Shown: in pieces, positions 30,321 through 40,520 of the stretch
Layout of the letters: every line of letters begins with the position of its first letter
Position numbering within the stretch: the stretch's first letter is position 1
Assembly: GCA_032249235.1 (NCBI GenBank)
Contig: JAVVGF010000002.1
Span: 159,475-223,474 of the forward strand
DNA from: Thermoproteota archaeon
GTDB taxonomy: Archaea > Thermoproteota > Thermoprotei > Gearchaeales > Gearchaeaceae
Length of the DNA stretch: 64,000 nt
Direction: 5' to 3'
Notes under the pieces: model-generated
What the model saw: the letters and a program-made list of their open reading frames with translations, nothing else
Database searches by the model: none
Told to the model about the DNA's origin: nothing
Position numbers and translations under genes: made by a program

Positions 30321-33300
30321 ATGATTTATAATATGAAAATTAAGGTCTTAGAAAATAAGTATGATCCCGTAGCAATAGAAGAAAATGTATTCAAATTTTG
30401 GTCAGAGCACGATATATATAAAAAGATAAAAAACAAGAATAAAGGAAAAGCGAAATTTTATTTTCTTGACGGGCCGCCTTACGTAACAAATCCAATTCAT
30501 GTAGGAACAGCATGGAACAAAATAATCAAAGATTCATATTTGCGATACTTTAGAATGAAAGGATATGATGTCTGGGATATACCTGGCTTCGATATGCATG
30601 GTCTTCCTATCGAAGTACAAGTTGAACAATTACTGAAGATAAAAACTAAGAAAGATTTAGAAAAGTTTGGAATCGATAAATTCATTTTTGAATGTAAAAA
30701 TTATGCTTTAAAAAATCTTTCAATACAGGAGAAACAGTTCAAAGAACTTGGAGTCATGATGGATTGGGAAAACGCCTATATGACGATCAAAAATGAATAT
30801 ATAGAAGGAGTATGGTATTTCATAAAACGCGCTCATGAAAAGGGTTTATTGTTTAAAGGAAACCAAGTAGTTCATTGGTGTCCTAGGTGTGAAACTGTCT
30901 TAGCTGGATATGAAGTTGCTGAGGGATATAAAGAAAAAGAGGATCCTTCAATATATGTTAAATTCAAATTAGTTGATGAAAATGCATACATATTAATTTG
31001 GACAACGACACCATGGACATTACCTTCTAACGTAGCAGTAGCAGTGCATCCTAAGGAAGATTATGTTTATGCGATGGATGAAAGTGGAGATGTCTTAATA
31101 CTTGCTGAAAAAAGACTAGAAGCAGTTGAAGAAGAAACAGGTAAAAAGCTTAAAGTCTTGAAGAAAATTAAAGGTTCAGAGCTTCAAGGAAGAAAATACA
31201 TAATGCCCTTAGAAGCTATTCTAAAAGTACAGAAGCAGATTGAACACAAAATAGTTACCAGTGAAGAATTCGTTACAACGCTTGAAGGTACAGGCTGTGT
31301 TCATATGGCTCCTGGACATGGTATAGAAGACTTTCAATTAGGTAAAATTTATGGTCTTAAAGTATTATCGCCTGTAGATGCTTCAGGAAAATTTGAAGAA
31401 GAAATTGAAAGATATGCTGGAATGTATGTATTTGAGGCTAATGATTTAATAATCCAAGATTTAAAGTCTCTGAATGCTCTATTTTATGCTGGAAAAATAA
31501 CGCATAGATATCCGCATTGTTGGAGATGTAAGAATCCTTTAATTTTAAGACTTTCAGATCAATGGTTCTTAGACGTTCCAAAAATAAAGGATATTTTGAT
31601 TGAAGAAGCAAGAAAAATAAATTGGGTTCCTTCTGGATCTTTAGAAAACAGAGTCATACCTTGGCTTTCAAATGCTCATGAATGGGCTTTGAGCAGACAA
31701 AGATACTGGGGCATACCTTTGCCTATTTGGATATGCGAAAATTGTGGACATATTCAAGTAATAGGTTCATTACAAGAACTTTTAAGCAAAGCAATAAAAT
31801 TGCCTTCTTCAGATATAGACCTTCATAAACCTTGGGTTGATGGTGTTGAAATAAAATGCGAAAAATGTGGTTCAAATTCAAAAAGGATACCAGATGTGCT
31901 AGACGTATGGGTTGATTCAGGAGCGGCTTCATGGTCTAGCTTAGGTTATCCTGGAAAATTTGAGAACTTCAATCGTTTATTCCCTGCAGATTTGATTATA
32001 GAAGGACCTGATCAAATAAGAGGTTGGTTTTATAGTTTGCTAGTTACTGGTGTTGTAACAATTGACAAAGCTCCTATGAGGAATGTATTGATTCATGGTT
32101 GGTCTCTGGATGAAACAGGTAGAGCAATGCATAAGAGTCTAGGAAATGTAATCAATCCAGAAGATGTAATCCCAAAATTCGGAAGAGATACGCTTCGAAT
32201 ATATGAACTTTCTAATACTACATGGGAAGATTTGAAGTTTTCGATGTCGAAGTTACAAGAATATTTCAAGATCGTTAATATAATTTGGAATACCTTCTAT
32301 TTTTGTTCATTATACATGAATATCGATGCATTTGATCCTAAAAAATTCAAGGCTTTTGAATATCTAGAGCCTGAAGATGTATGGTTAATAAACAGAATAA
32401 ATGAAATAAAAGCGAAAGTAGATGAGGCTTTCTCTAAATTTGAATCATTTGAAGCATTGAGACTGCTTTTAAACTTCATCATAGAAGATGTAAGCAGATG
32501 GTATATTAGATTAATAAGAAGAAGGGTATGGATAGAGAAAGAAGATCCTAGCAAAGATGCTGTTTATTATACTTTATACAAATCACTAAGAGATTGGCTA
32601 ATCATGTTTGCTCCATTTGCACCTTTCATATCTGAGGCTATATATCAAAAAGTCTTTAGAGAAATTGAAGAACAAGAAAGTATTCATCTGATGGAATGGC
32701 CGTCGATGGAAAAGTTTGATGAGAACGCATTAAAAGAAATGGAAGTGATAAGAGAAATAGTTTCTAAATCTTTCTCGCTTAGAATGAAGAAAGGAGTGAA
32801 GTTAAGAAGACCGGTTATGAGGACTATTATAATACCTAAAGATGAATATGTAGAAGCAATCATAAACAAATATTCAAAGTTAATAAAAGACCAACTGAAT
32901 ACGAAAGAACTACAAATAGAAAAAGATGAAAGCAGAATAGAGAATATCAAAAAATTATTAGCTAAAGTCAACTATGAAATAGCAGGCCCGGTTCTTAAAG
33001 GAATGCTCAATAAATTTATTAACTACTTGAAGAGCGCAGATACAAAAAGTTTGAAAAGAATACTTGAAGAAAAAGGAGAAATAACGATAGAGATTGATAA
33101 TAAACCTTTAAAGATTAGCAAAGATATGTTGAGTTTTTATGAGGAATTAGAAGAAGGATATGGAAGCATAGATACAATGTATGGAAAAATATTCATTGAC
33201 TTCAGAATAACTACAGAAATCGCAGCAGAAAGTTTAGCGAAAGAGATCGTTAGAAGAATACAAATGATGCGAAAAATAGCAAATCTTAATGTCACAGATA

Positions 33301-33503
33301 AAATAAAAGTTCAAATCAAGGTTCCTTCTGAAGAAGAAGAGGCGTTAATTAAACTCAAATATGATTACATAAAAAATGAAACGCTTTCTGAAGAAATCGA
33401 GATTAATTCTAAAGAGATCGAGATGAAAGGTATTTTAATCAGAGACTGGGAAATTGATGATGAAACGTATATTATTTCAATCGATAAGATAACAAAAGTT
33501 TAA
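30321..33503 (+). CDS. ileS: isoleucine--tRNA ligase
   Basis: DGPPY, HVGT, WTTTPWTLPSN, GTGCVHMAPGHG, WALSRQRYWG, EGPDQIRGWF, AMHKS. Confidence 0.98.
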   Translation: MIYNMKIKVLENKYDPVAIEENVFKFWSEHDIYKKIKNKNKGKAKFYFLDGPPYVTNPIHVGTAWNKIIKDSYLRYFRMKGYDVWDIPGFDMHGLPIEVQVEQLLKIKTKKDLEKFGIDKFIFECKNYALKNLSIQEKQFKELGVMMDWENAYMTIKNEYIEGVWYFIKRAHEKGLLFKGNQVVHWCPRCETVLAGYEVAEGYKEKEDPSIYVKFKLVDENAYILIWTTTPWTLPSNVAVAVHPKEDYVYAMDESGDVLILAEKRLEAVEEETGKKLKVLKKIKGSELQGRKYIMPLEAILKVQKQIEHKIVTSEEFVTTLEGTGCVHMAPGHGIEDFQLGKIYGLKVLSPVDASGKFEEEIERYAGMYVFEANDLIIQDLKSLNALFYAGKITHRYPHCWRCKNPLILRLSDQWFLDVPKIKDILIEEARKINWVPSGSLENRVIPWLSNAHEWALSRQRYWGIPLPIWICENCGHIQVIGSLQELLSKAIKLPSSDIDLHKPWVDGVEIKCEKCGSNSKRIPDVLDVWVDSGAASWSSLGYPGKFENFNRLFPADLIIEGPDQIRGWFYSLLVTGVVTIDKAPMRNVLIHGWSLDETGRAMHKSLGNVINPEDVIPKFGRDTLRIYELSNTTWEDLKFSMSKLQEYFKIVNIIWNTFYFCSLYMNIDAFDPKKFKAFEYLEPEDVWLINRINEIKAKVDEAFSKFESFEALRLLLNFIIEDVSRWYIRLIRRRVWIEKEDPSKDAVYYTLYKSLRDWLIMFAPFAPFISEAIYQKVFREIEEQESIHLMEWPSMEKFDENALKEMEVIREIVSKSFSLRMKKGVKLRRPVMRTIIIPKDEYVEAIINKYSKLIKDQLNTKELQIEKDESRIENIKKLLAKVNYEIAGPVLKGMLNKFINYLKSADTKSLKRILEEKGEITIEIDNKPLKISKDMLSFYEELEEGYGSIDTMYGKIFIDFRITTEIAAESLAKEIVRRIQMMRKIANLNVTDKIKVQIKVPSEEEEALIKLKYDYIKNETLSEEIEINSKEIEMKGILIRDWEIDDETYIISIDKITKV

Positions 33504-33526
33504 GTAAATGCAAAGTTAATCTTTGC

Positions 33527-34420
33527 ATGCCCATGCACGCAGCAATTATTGATCATAATACGACTCCTACGTATACTAGTTTAAGTATTTTAAGAGCTCT
33601 TAAACAAAGATCGCATCATGCATATTATTTACCTATTGATAAGCTTTCGTGCATAATCACAAATAACGGAGTAGAAGTAAGATTCCAAGATAAAGCTTTA
33701 AAAATAATCGATTGCTTTTTTTTAAGAGCTATTGGAAATATCTTGAATTCTGAGAGATTTGAATATCGAATAAATTTATTAAAAAGCTTAGAAAGTATGA
33801 AAAAGGTTATAATAAATCCTGTTACGGGATATTTAAATGCTAGAAACAAATTCAGTTGTCTAAGTCTGTTGGCTTCTAAAAATATTAACGTTCCTGAAAC
33901 ATTGATAACCGAAAATGAATTCATAGCTTATGAATTCATTAAGAAAATGGGTAAATGTGTAGTTAAACCAATGATGGGCTCACGAGGTATTGGAAGCTTT
34001 TTGGTAGAAGATGCAGACATTGCATTTAGAAGACTTCAAGAATTGAGGGAAAAAGGATATGCGTTATATATTCAAAGATATGTGAATAAGCCTGGAAGAG
34101 ATCTGAGAGTCTTTGTCGTAGGCGATGAAGTTATTGGAGGTATGGCTAGGGAATCAGATAATTGGAAGACAAATGTTTATCAAGGCGCTAAAGGAAGACT
34201 TATTGAAATTAGTGGTGAACTTGAAAGATTAGCTGTAAAAGTAAATAAAGAACTAGGTCTCTTATATAGCGGAATAGACATAGCTGAAGAAAATGGAAGA
34301 TACTATATTTTAGAAGTTAACGCATCTCCTATTTGGGTAGAATTCCAAAAAGTAACTCAAATAAATCCTGCAGAAAAAATCATTGATCTTGCGGAAAAAA
34401 TCATAAAAAATAATGGTTAA
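33527..34420 (+). CDS. RimK-family ATP-grasp alpha-L-glutamate ligase
   Basis: VPET, VVKPMMGSRG, DLRVFVVG, WKTNV, GIDI, LEVNASP. Confidence 0.9.
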   Translation: MPMHAAIIDHNTTPTYTSLSILRALKQRSHHAYYLPIDKLSCIITNNGVEVRFQDKALKIIDCFFLRAIGNILNSERFEYRINLLKSLESMKKVIINPVTGYLNARNKFSCLSLLASKNINVPETLITENEFIAYEFIKKMGKCVVKPMMGSRGIGSFLVEDADIAFRRLQELREKGYALYIQRYVNKPGRDLRVFVVGDEVIGGMARESDNWKTNVYQGAKGRLIEISGELERLAVKVNKELGLLYSGIDIAEENGRYYILEVNASPIWVEFQKVTQINPAEKIIDLAEKIIKNNG

Positions 34421-34489
34421 AAGGAGAAAATTTCTGAAATTTCCATAGGATATTATCATTTATATTAATTTCAGAAAACTACCTTTGAA

Positions 34490-34810
34490 ATGATAACAAG
34501 CATATATCTCGCAAATGTAGTTGCATGGATACTAATATTTGCAATTGTAGCAATATTGGTACAGAGGAAATTAGGTGTTCTGGGATTCACAATAGGAGTA
34601 GGCGGAACATTAATGGTTTTATTTTCAGTGTTGCAAGATGCCTATGACTTAGGACCTACTTTCTTAGCCTATTTTCCTCTAAATGCATATAGCATACCAC
34701 TAGGAATTGCTACACCAGGCTTGATTACTGCACTATTCGCATTGGTAAGCTTCTTATCAACATTCTTCATAGAGAGAGAATTCTACAAAGGAGCAACAAG
34801 GAACTACTAA
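34490..34810 (+). CDS. small membrane protein (about 3 TM)
   Basis: Hydrophobic 106-aa ORF with its own TATA-like element. Confidence 0.65.
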   Translation: MITSIYLANVVAWILIFAIVAILVQRKLGVLGFTIGVGGTLMVLFSVLQDAYDLGPTFLAYFPLNAYSIPLGIATPGLITALFALVSFLSTFFIEREFYKGATRNY

Positions 34811-34846
34811 AACAACCTTAATAATTTTTTTCTTCAATTATTTTTC

Positions 34847-36088
34847 ATGCCTTTTAAAATCAAAGATATAAATTTAGCAGATAAAGGCGAACTGGATATT
34901 TCTTGGGCTTCGTCAAGGATGCCAGTATTAAACTTAATAAAAAGAGAATTCGAAGAAACGAAACCTCTTAAATCTTTAACTATAGGAGCTTGCTTACATG
35001 TTACAAAAGAAACAGCAGTTTTAGCATTGACTCTTAAAGCTGGAGGAGCAGATGTATATCTTGCGGGTTCGAATCCATTATCAACACAAGATCATGTAGC
35101 TGCAGCGCTTGTAAAAAAAGGGATTAATGTTTTCGCTTGGAGAAAACAAACAACTGAAGAATATTATTGGTGTATTGAACAAGTTATTGCTTCGAATCCT
35201 GTTATAACTCTTGATGACGGTGCAGACTTAACTGCTGAAATTCATAAAAAAAGAATAAAAGTTAAAGGAGGCACTGAAGAAACAACTACAGGAGTTATAA
35301 GACTTAGAGCACTTGAAAGGAGCGGAGAATTAAGATATCCTATAATAAGCGTTAATGATGCTTATACTAAATTCTTATTCGATAATAGATATGGAACAGG
35401 GCAAAGCACGATAGATGGTATAATGAGAGCAACTTCTACGTTGATCGCTGGTAAAAAATTCGTAGTATGCGGATACGGATGGGTTGGAAGAGGAATAGCA
35501 TTAAGAGCAAAAGGAATGGGTGCAGAAGTTATAGTAACAGAAGTGGATCCCATAAAAGCATTGGAAGCTGCGATGGATGGATATAGGGTAATGAGCTTAA
35601 AAGAAGCTTCAAGAATAGGAGACATTTTCGTCACTGCAACAGGAGACATAAATGTGATAAGAAGAGAACATTTCGAATCAATGAAAGATGGTGCAATATT
35701 AGCTAATGCAGGACATTTCAATGTCGAAATTTCGATTAAAGATTTGGAAGAGCTCAGTGTTGCTAAGAGAGAAATTAGGGAAAACGTTACTGAATATACT
35801 TTAAAGGGAGGAAATAGAGTTTATCTTTTAGCTGAAGGAAGACTTGTAAATTTAGCCTGCGCAGAAGGACATCCTAGTGAAGTTATGGATTTATCCTTTT
35901 CACTTCAAGCTTTATCTGTTAAATATCTCGCAGAGCATGCTGATAAACTAGAGATTAAAGTACATAGAGTACCTTATGAGATAGATCGCAGAGTTGCAGA
36001 ATTGAAACTGAAAAGCTTGGGAATTGAAATCGATAGTTTAACTAAAGAACAAGAAGAATATCTCAAAAGTTGGACAATTGGGACTTAA
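34847..36088 (+). CDS. ahcY: adenosylhomocysteinase
   Basis: [49 protein letters not shown]. Confidence 0.98.
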   Translation: MPFKIKDINLADKGELDISWASSRMPVLNLIKREFEETKPLKSLTIGACLHVTKETAVLALTLKAGGADVYLAGSNPLSTQDHVAAALVKKGINVFAWRKQTTEEYYWCIEQVIASNPVITLDDGADLTAEIHKKRIKVKGGTEETTTGVIRLRALERSGELRYPIISVNDAYTKFLFDNRYGTGQSTIDGIMRATSTLIAGKKFVVCGYGWVGRGIALRAKGMGAEVIVTEVDPIKALEAAMDGYRVMSLKEASRIGDIFVTATGDINVIRREHFESMKDGAILANAGHFNVEISIKDLEELSVAKREIRENVTEYTLKGGNRVYLLAEGRLVNLACAEGHPSEVMDLSFSLQALSVKYLAEHADKLEIKVHRVPYEIDRRVAELKLKSLGIEIDSLTKEQEEYLKSWTIGT

Positions 36089-36089
36089 T

Positions 36090-36737
36090 TTAAAAGAATT
36101 TTTGTAAACTCTCTGAATCTCTTATAAACTTTTTTATGCTCTTCCAAGATTTTCTCATTTCTTGAGGAATGAAATTCTTTGAAAGGCACTCCTTTAAGAA
36201 TGCTAAGGTTCTAGGATCACTAGGATAACCTGAGCCAAAATTTCCGTATTTTTCATGCAATATCTTTATTTCTTTATCTCTTTCTACTTTAGCTATTATC
36301 GATGCAGCTGAAACTTCTAAATATTTTTGATCAGCTTTAATTTCGCAAATTATTTCGAAATCTCTTTTTAGATGTTTCTTCAACAATTCAAGATATTTCT
36401 GAGTGTTTCGCATTGGAGAATCGATATAGACTTTTTCAGGTTGCAATTCTTCAATGATTTTAGCCATGTATTTTGCTTCGAGACCTGTGATTTTCAATGA
36501 AGAAAGTACAGCTTCATCTATTTCCTTAGCATCTATTTTATAGATTTTATATGAGAGCGATAAATTCAATATTTTGGAGTAAAGCTCTTCTCTTTTCGAA
36601 GGCGAAAGTAGCTTTGAATCCTTAACTCCTAATTCTTTGAGCTTAAATAAATTGGATGAATCAAAACATATACCTGCTATTACCATCGGTCCTATTAGCG
36701 GGCCTCTTCCAGCTTCATCTATTCCAAGCGTTATCAT
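36090..36737 (-). CDS. rnhB: ribonuclease HII
   Basis: GIDEAGRGP, DSKLL, SAASIIAKVERD, GSGYPSD. Confidence 0.97.
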   Translation of the reverse strand: MITLGIDEAGRGPLIGPMVIAGICFDSSNLFKLKELGVKDSKLLSPSKREELYSKILNLSLSYKIYKIDAKEIDEAVLSSLKITGLEAKYMAKIIEELQPEKVYIDSPMRNTQKYLELLKKHLKRDFEIICEIKADQKYLEVSAASIIAKVERDKEIKILHEKYGNFGSGYPSDPRTLAFLKECLSKNFIPQEMRKSWKSIKKFIRDSESLQKFF

Positions 36738-36745
36738 AAAATAAT

Positions 36746-37453
36746 TTGAGCTTTATTTTAGATAAAACAATGCTATGGAATAAAGAAACTGCAAAAAAGA
36801 TCTATGAAATATTGAAAAAAGAATATAAAATAGAAATTGAGGATTATGTTTCACTTTGGGCTTATGTTACTTATAAAGATCCTTTTAAAGTTTTGATAGC
36901 TACAATCCTTTCACAAAGCTCAACTGATAAAGCAGCTTTGAAATCCTTTAAAAGACTAAATGAAAAGATTGGGATCGAACCTGAGAATTTAGCAAAAGCA
37001 AGCATAGATGATATCAGAGAAGCGATTAAGGAATCAGGATTGCAAAATCAGAAAGCGATAGCTATCAAAGAAATTGCAAAGAGACTTAGAGACATTAACC
37101 TGAAAGAATTGTTAGAAAAAGATCTAAAGAATGCTAGAGAAAAGCTAATGGAGCTTCCTAAAATAGGATATAAAACTGCAGATGTTGTGCTTGCAACTTT
37201 TAATAAAAACATATTACCAGTTGATACGCATATTGAAAGGGTATCGAAAAGATTAGGTATTGTAAGAAAGGAAGCAAAATATGAAGAAATAAGAAAAGCT
37301 TTAGAAGAAATCTTTCCTCAAGAAACATGGCATGATATTCATCTTTTATTCATAGCCCATGGTAGGAAAATATGCAAAGCCAAAAATCCATTATGCAATT
37401 CGTGTAAATTATTCGAATATTGCGAATACCCAAAAACACAAATAAGAGTTTAG
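36746..37453 (+). CDS. nth: endonuclease III (HhH-GPD, 4Fe-4S)
   Basis: ILSQ, LPKIGYKTAD, PVDTH, C-x6-C-x2-C-x5-C; the start may be ATG 36769. Confidence 0.93.
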   Translation: MSFILDKTMLWNKETAKKIYEILKKEYKIEIEDYVSLWAYVTYKDPFKVLIATILSQSSTDKAALKSFKRLNEKIGIEPENLAKASIDDIREAIKESGLQNQKAIAIKEIAKRLRDINLKELLEKDLKNAREKLMELPKIGYKTADVVLATFNKNILPVDTHIERVSKRLGIVRKEAKYEEIRKALEEIFPQETWHDIHLLFIAHGRKICKAKNPLCNSCKLFEYCEYPKTQIRV

Positions 37454-37466
37454 TTAATAAAGATTG

Positions 37467-37518
37467 AGGATGAACGTCCTGAACCCTGATATAAGATGAT
37501 GAATGCTGGTATTGCTGA
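37467..37518 (+). ncRNA. box C/D 2'-O-methylation guide sRNA
   Basis: Intergenic between nth and topA: C box AGGATGA (37467-73), 12-nt guide ACGTCCTGAACC, D' CTGA (37486-89), C' ATGATGA (37496-502), 12-nt guide ATGCTGGTATTG, D CTGA (37515-18). Canonical archaeal spacing. Confidence 0.88.
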
Positions 37519-37519
37519 A

Positions 37520-39238
37520 CTACTTTTTTATGGATTTAACAAGATTTGTCGAAATTTCATCAATCCTGGATTTACACTTCTCAAATAGTGAATGATAAAT
37601 TGAAAGAGAAGAAATCAAAGCCTCATTTTTATCAAGCTTGTTCATCTCGATCAACTTCATTTTATCTTCAACCATTTTTCTCGTAGCAGGAGTTACGAGT
37701 CTTTCATCTACAGATTTAAGCGCCTCTATAAGAGAAATTCCAAGAGCCGTAGGTTTAAAAACGCCCTTTTGTTTTATTGCAAATCCTCTTTCAACTATCA
37801 GAGATGGAAATATTGCTCTCGTAGCATCGGTTCCTATACCATGTTTCTCCATTAAATCTAACAATTCAGATTCGCTCAATCTACTTGGAGGCTTTGTTTC
37901 ATCTTCTATGAGCTTGATCTCAATTATTTTTACCTTCTCTCCCTGAATCAGAATAGGCATTTTCTCTTCCTTTGGCTTAAAATAATCGTAAAGTGAAAGA
38001 AAGCCTTCCTTTTTTATATACTTTCCTTCGCTTCTAAATATTAGATTAGATAAAATTAATTCTGCTTTTTGATATACAAGAATAGCATCATCCATGAAAG
38101 CATTCGCTACGAAGCGCTTTGCAATATAATCCCAAATAGGTTTAGCAGCGTCTCTAGCCTTATAAGGCGAAATGGGATAAATGGGAGGATGAGCACCATC
38201 ATCTTGATCTCCGTTTCTAGGATTTACGCTACCATTAATTTTTAAGCTACCTAATATTCCAGATTGTCTCACAGCTAATAATGGAGAAAAGAAATCGAAA
38301 TCAGATCTGTATTTATTAGTATCAGTTCTTGGATAAGATATATATCCTTCAGAATAGAGTTTTTCCATTATTGATAAAATTTTTGAAGCAGAAAGCTTTG
38401 TTATCTTAGTCAAGTCTTTCAAGGCATCGTCAGTCCTCAATGGAAGAGGACGTTGAATTATTTTCAAATCCTCTGAATAATCCTTAACAATAGTATAGAA
38501 TGAAGATTTTATTTTATTGTATAATTCAATCGCAGCTTGTCTATTTTTTATATGATCGCTATACGCCTTGAATTTTATACCGTCTTTTTCTAGAGTTAAC
38601 CTTAGATACCAATATTTTTCAGGTTTGAAATTTTGGATTTGTTTTTCTCTTTCAACAATAAAATACAAAGTGCATGTTTGACATGATCCCCAGCTTATCA
38701 ATCCTTTATAACCCTTCTTACTACTCTCCAAAGTCAATAAGCGAGTAAAAGATGCCCCTGTTATTAAATCGAAGTCTCTACGAAAGATAGCTTTATCTAC
38801 CCATTTCCAATTCAAATCGTTTTCAAGATTAGCCCAAGCTCTTTTGAATTCAGATTTGCTAACAGAATTAAAACGCATTCTATAGAATTTTGCCAAAGGA
38901 CCTCTAACAGATCTGTATATCGAAAGTATTTCGAAACCTATTAACTCTCCTTCATGATCGTTATCCGTTGCAATTACTAAGACTCCTTGATATGTCCTGA
39001 AAATCTTTTGTAAGTTATTGTAAGCTTCCTTATCTCTAATCACTGTCACTACTTTGCTTATTTTGAATATCTCAGAAGGATCGACTTGATTCCAGTTTCT
39101 AAAGCTTAAAGGTAGATCTGCTTCGAAAACATGACCGCGAACGCTGGTTACTACAGCATTTATTTTCATACTTGTGAAGAAAGATCTTAAGGCTTTAGCT
39201 ACACTTCCTTTTTCTGCAACTATTATATATAAACTCAT
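37520..39238 (-). CDS. topA: type IA DNA topoisomerase (topo III-like), no C-terminal zinc ribbons
   Basis: IVAEK, GH, ATDNDHEGE, ISYPRTD (catalytic Tyr), AHPPIYP, GIGTDATR. Start moved to ATG 39238. Confidence 0.93.
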   Translation of the reverse strand: MSLYIIVAEKGSVAKALRSFFTSMKINAVVTSVRGHVFEADLPLSFRNWNQVDPSEIFKISKVVTVIRDKEAYNNLQKIFRTYQGVLVIATDNDHEGELIGFEILSIYRSVRGPLAKFYRMRFNSVSKSEFKRAWANLENDLNWKWVDKAIFRRDFDLITGASFTRLLTLESSKKGYKGLISWGSCQTCTLYFIVEREKQIQNFKPEKYWYLRLTLEKDGIKFKAYSDHIKNRQAAIELYNKIKSSFYTIVKDYSEDLKIIQRPLPLRTDDALKDLTKITKLSASKILSIMEKLYSEGYISYPRTDTNKYRSDFDFFSPLLAVRQSGILGSLKINGSVNPRNGDQDDGAHPPIYPISPYKARDAAKPIWDYIAKRFVANAFMDDAILVYQKAELILSNLIFRSEGKYIKKEGFLSLYDYFKPKEEKMPILIQGEKVKIIEIKLIEDETKPPSRLSESELLDLMEKHGIGTDATRAIFPSLIVERGFAIKQKGVFKPTALGISLIEALKSVDERLVTPATRKMVEDKMKLIEMNKLDKNEALISSLSIYHSLFEKCKSRIDEISTNLVKSIKK

Positions 39239-40191
39239 TTTCTGAGCACTCTTAATCCCTTTGAAATACAACCATATTTAGGACTGAAATAGGAGGTGAA
39301 AATTAAGTTGAACAATGAAATGAATAATAAGAAATATCCTGCAATCATTGAATGCTTCATTAATAAATAAATAGCTGGTATGAAAGGCATAAGCATACTT
39401 GCTAATGGACCTGCAAAATACATGATCGCAAAACCTAGTTTTGATGCCTTACTCTTCTTCCTATTAATTTTTATTCCGAAAGTTATAGCTAATAATCTTA
39501 TTCTTTCAGGAATCCAGCTTATTCTAATCAAATTCGAAAAACCTATGTAATAGTAAGAAAAACGAATGCCTAATATGTTTCCAAATATGAGATGAAAAAG
39601 GTCATGCGCACTGTACCAAAGCAGTACCCAAGAAATTAAACCGAGTATTAAATCGATTATAGCATTTAGAGGAAGTAATATTAGAATAACAAGTGCGAAA
39701 ATAGTTAGAAATGCCAATAAAGAAGTACCTTTAACCAAATCAATCTGCAAAGGATTAATGAATATTGGATTGCTTTCTTTTCCGAATATTTTCAAAAGTG
39801 ATTGATTTCTATAATTTATTATCCTTTCAATAACTTTCCTGGCGAAAAAATCTCCAATAAAGCCCAATTTTGTTTCAAATTCGATTTCATCTATCATCAG
39901 CAGTTCTTTTCCTTTTTCTACGATTCTATGAACATTTATCCATTTTTTGAATAAAGGTCCTCTTAATTCATCGATAATTAATTCATATTTTCTAGTTTCC
40001 TTTATGATTAGATCAAAATTGAAGAATTGACCAAGAAGATATATTTCAACAGAATAACGATCATCTTGCTTTCTTACTTTTGCTTTTAATTGCTTAGGAT
40101 AAACTTTTTCTATATTTAAAGGATCAGAAAGAAAAAGGAAAAGATCTTCTTTATTTACGCCTTCAAGCTTAAGTTCACTTTTCAGCAACAT
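39235..40191 (-). CDS. SRPBCC/START-fold domain fused to a membrane domain with M50-like HDxxH motif
   Basis: N-terminal FLSDPLN...DELRGPLFKKWINVH...IDEIEF; C-terminal TM helices with SAHDLFH and YFAGPLAS. Confidence 0.65.
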   Translation of the reverse strand: MLLKSELKLEGVNKEDLFLFLSDPLNIEKVYPKQLKAKVRKQDDRYSVEIYLLGQFFNFDLIIKETRKYELIIDELRGPLFKKWINVHRIVEKGKELLMIDEIEFETKLGFIGDFFARKVIERIINYRNQSLLKIFGKESNPIFINPLQIDLVKGTSLLAFLTIFALVILILLPLNAIIDLILGLISWVLLWYSAHDLFHLIFGNILGIRFSYYYIGFSNLIRISWIPERIRLLAITFGIKINRKKSKASKLGFAIMYFAGPLASMLMPFIPAIYLLMKHSMIAGYFLLFISLFNLIFTSYFSPKYGCISKGLRVLRK

Positions 40192-40507
40192 TAGTCTTCC
40201 TTCTTACATATAGATATCCGTTTATTACTTTAACCTCGTAAATTGGCTCATCTTCTAACGGTTCAACGAATTCTGCTTTTCCAGTTTCTAAATCCCAAAT
40301 TGAACCATGGCCTGCACATTTAATTTTCGTATCTATCAATTCTCCTTCCGATAAATCCCATTCTTCATGTTTACAATATGCGTAAATTCCATAGAACTTA
40401 CCTTTAACGTTTGCTATTACAATTTCTTCGCCATCTACTTCTGTCTTCACCAGTTGTCCTTCTTTGACATCGCTAGCTTTTAAATTTGTTTTCTTGAATC
40501 CTTCCAT
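40175..40507 (-). CDS. Rieske [2Fe-2S] ferredoxin
   Basis: CKH...CAGH ligand motif, GSIWDLETG. Confidence 0.92.
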   Translation of the reverse strand: MEGFKKTNLKASDVKEGQLVKTEVDGEEIVIANVKGKFYGIYAYCKHEEWDLSEGELIDTKIKCAGHGSIWDLETGKAEFVEPLEDEPIYEVKVINGYLYVRRKTNVAEK

Positions 40508-40520
40508 AATTTTTTGTGGT

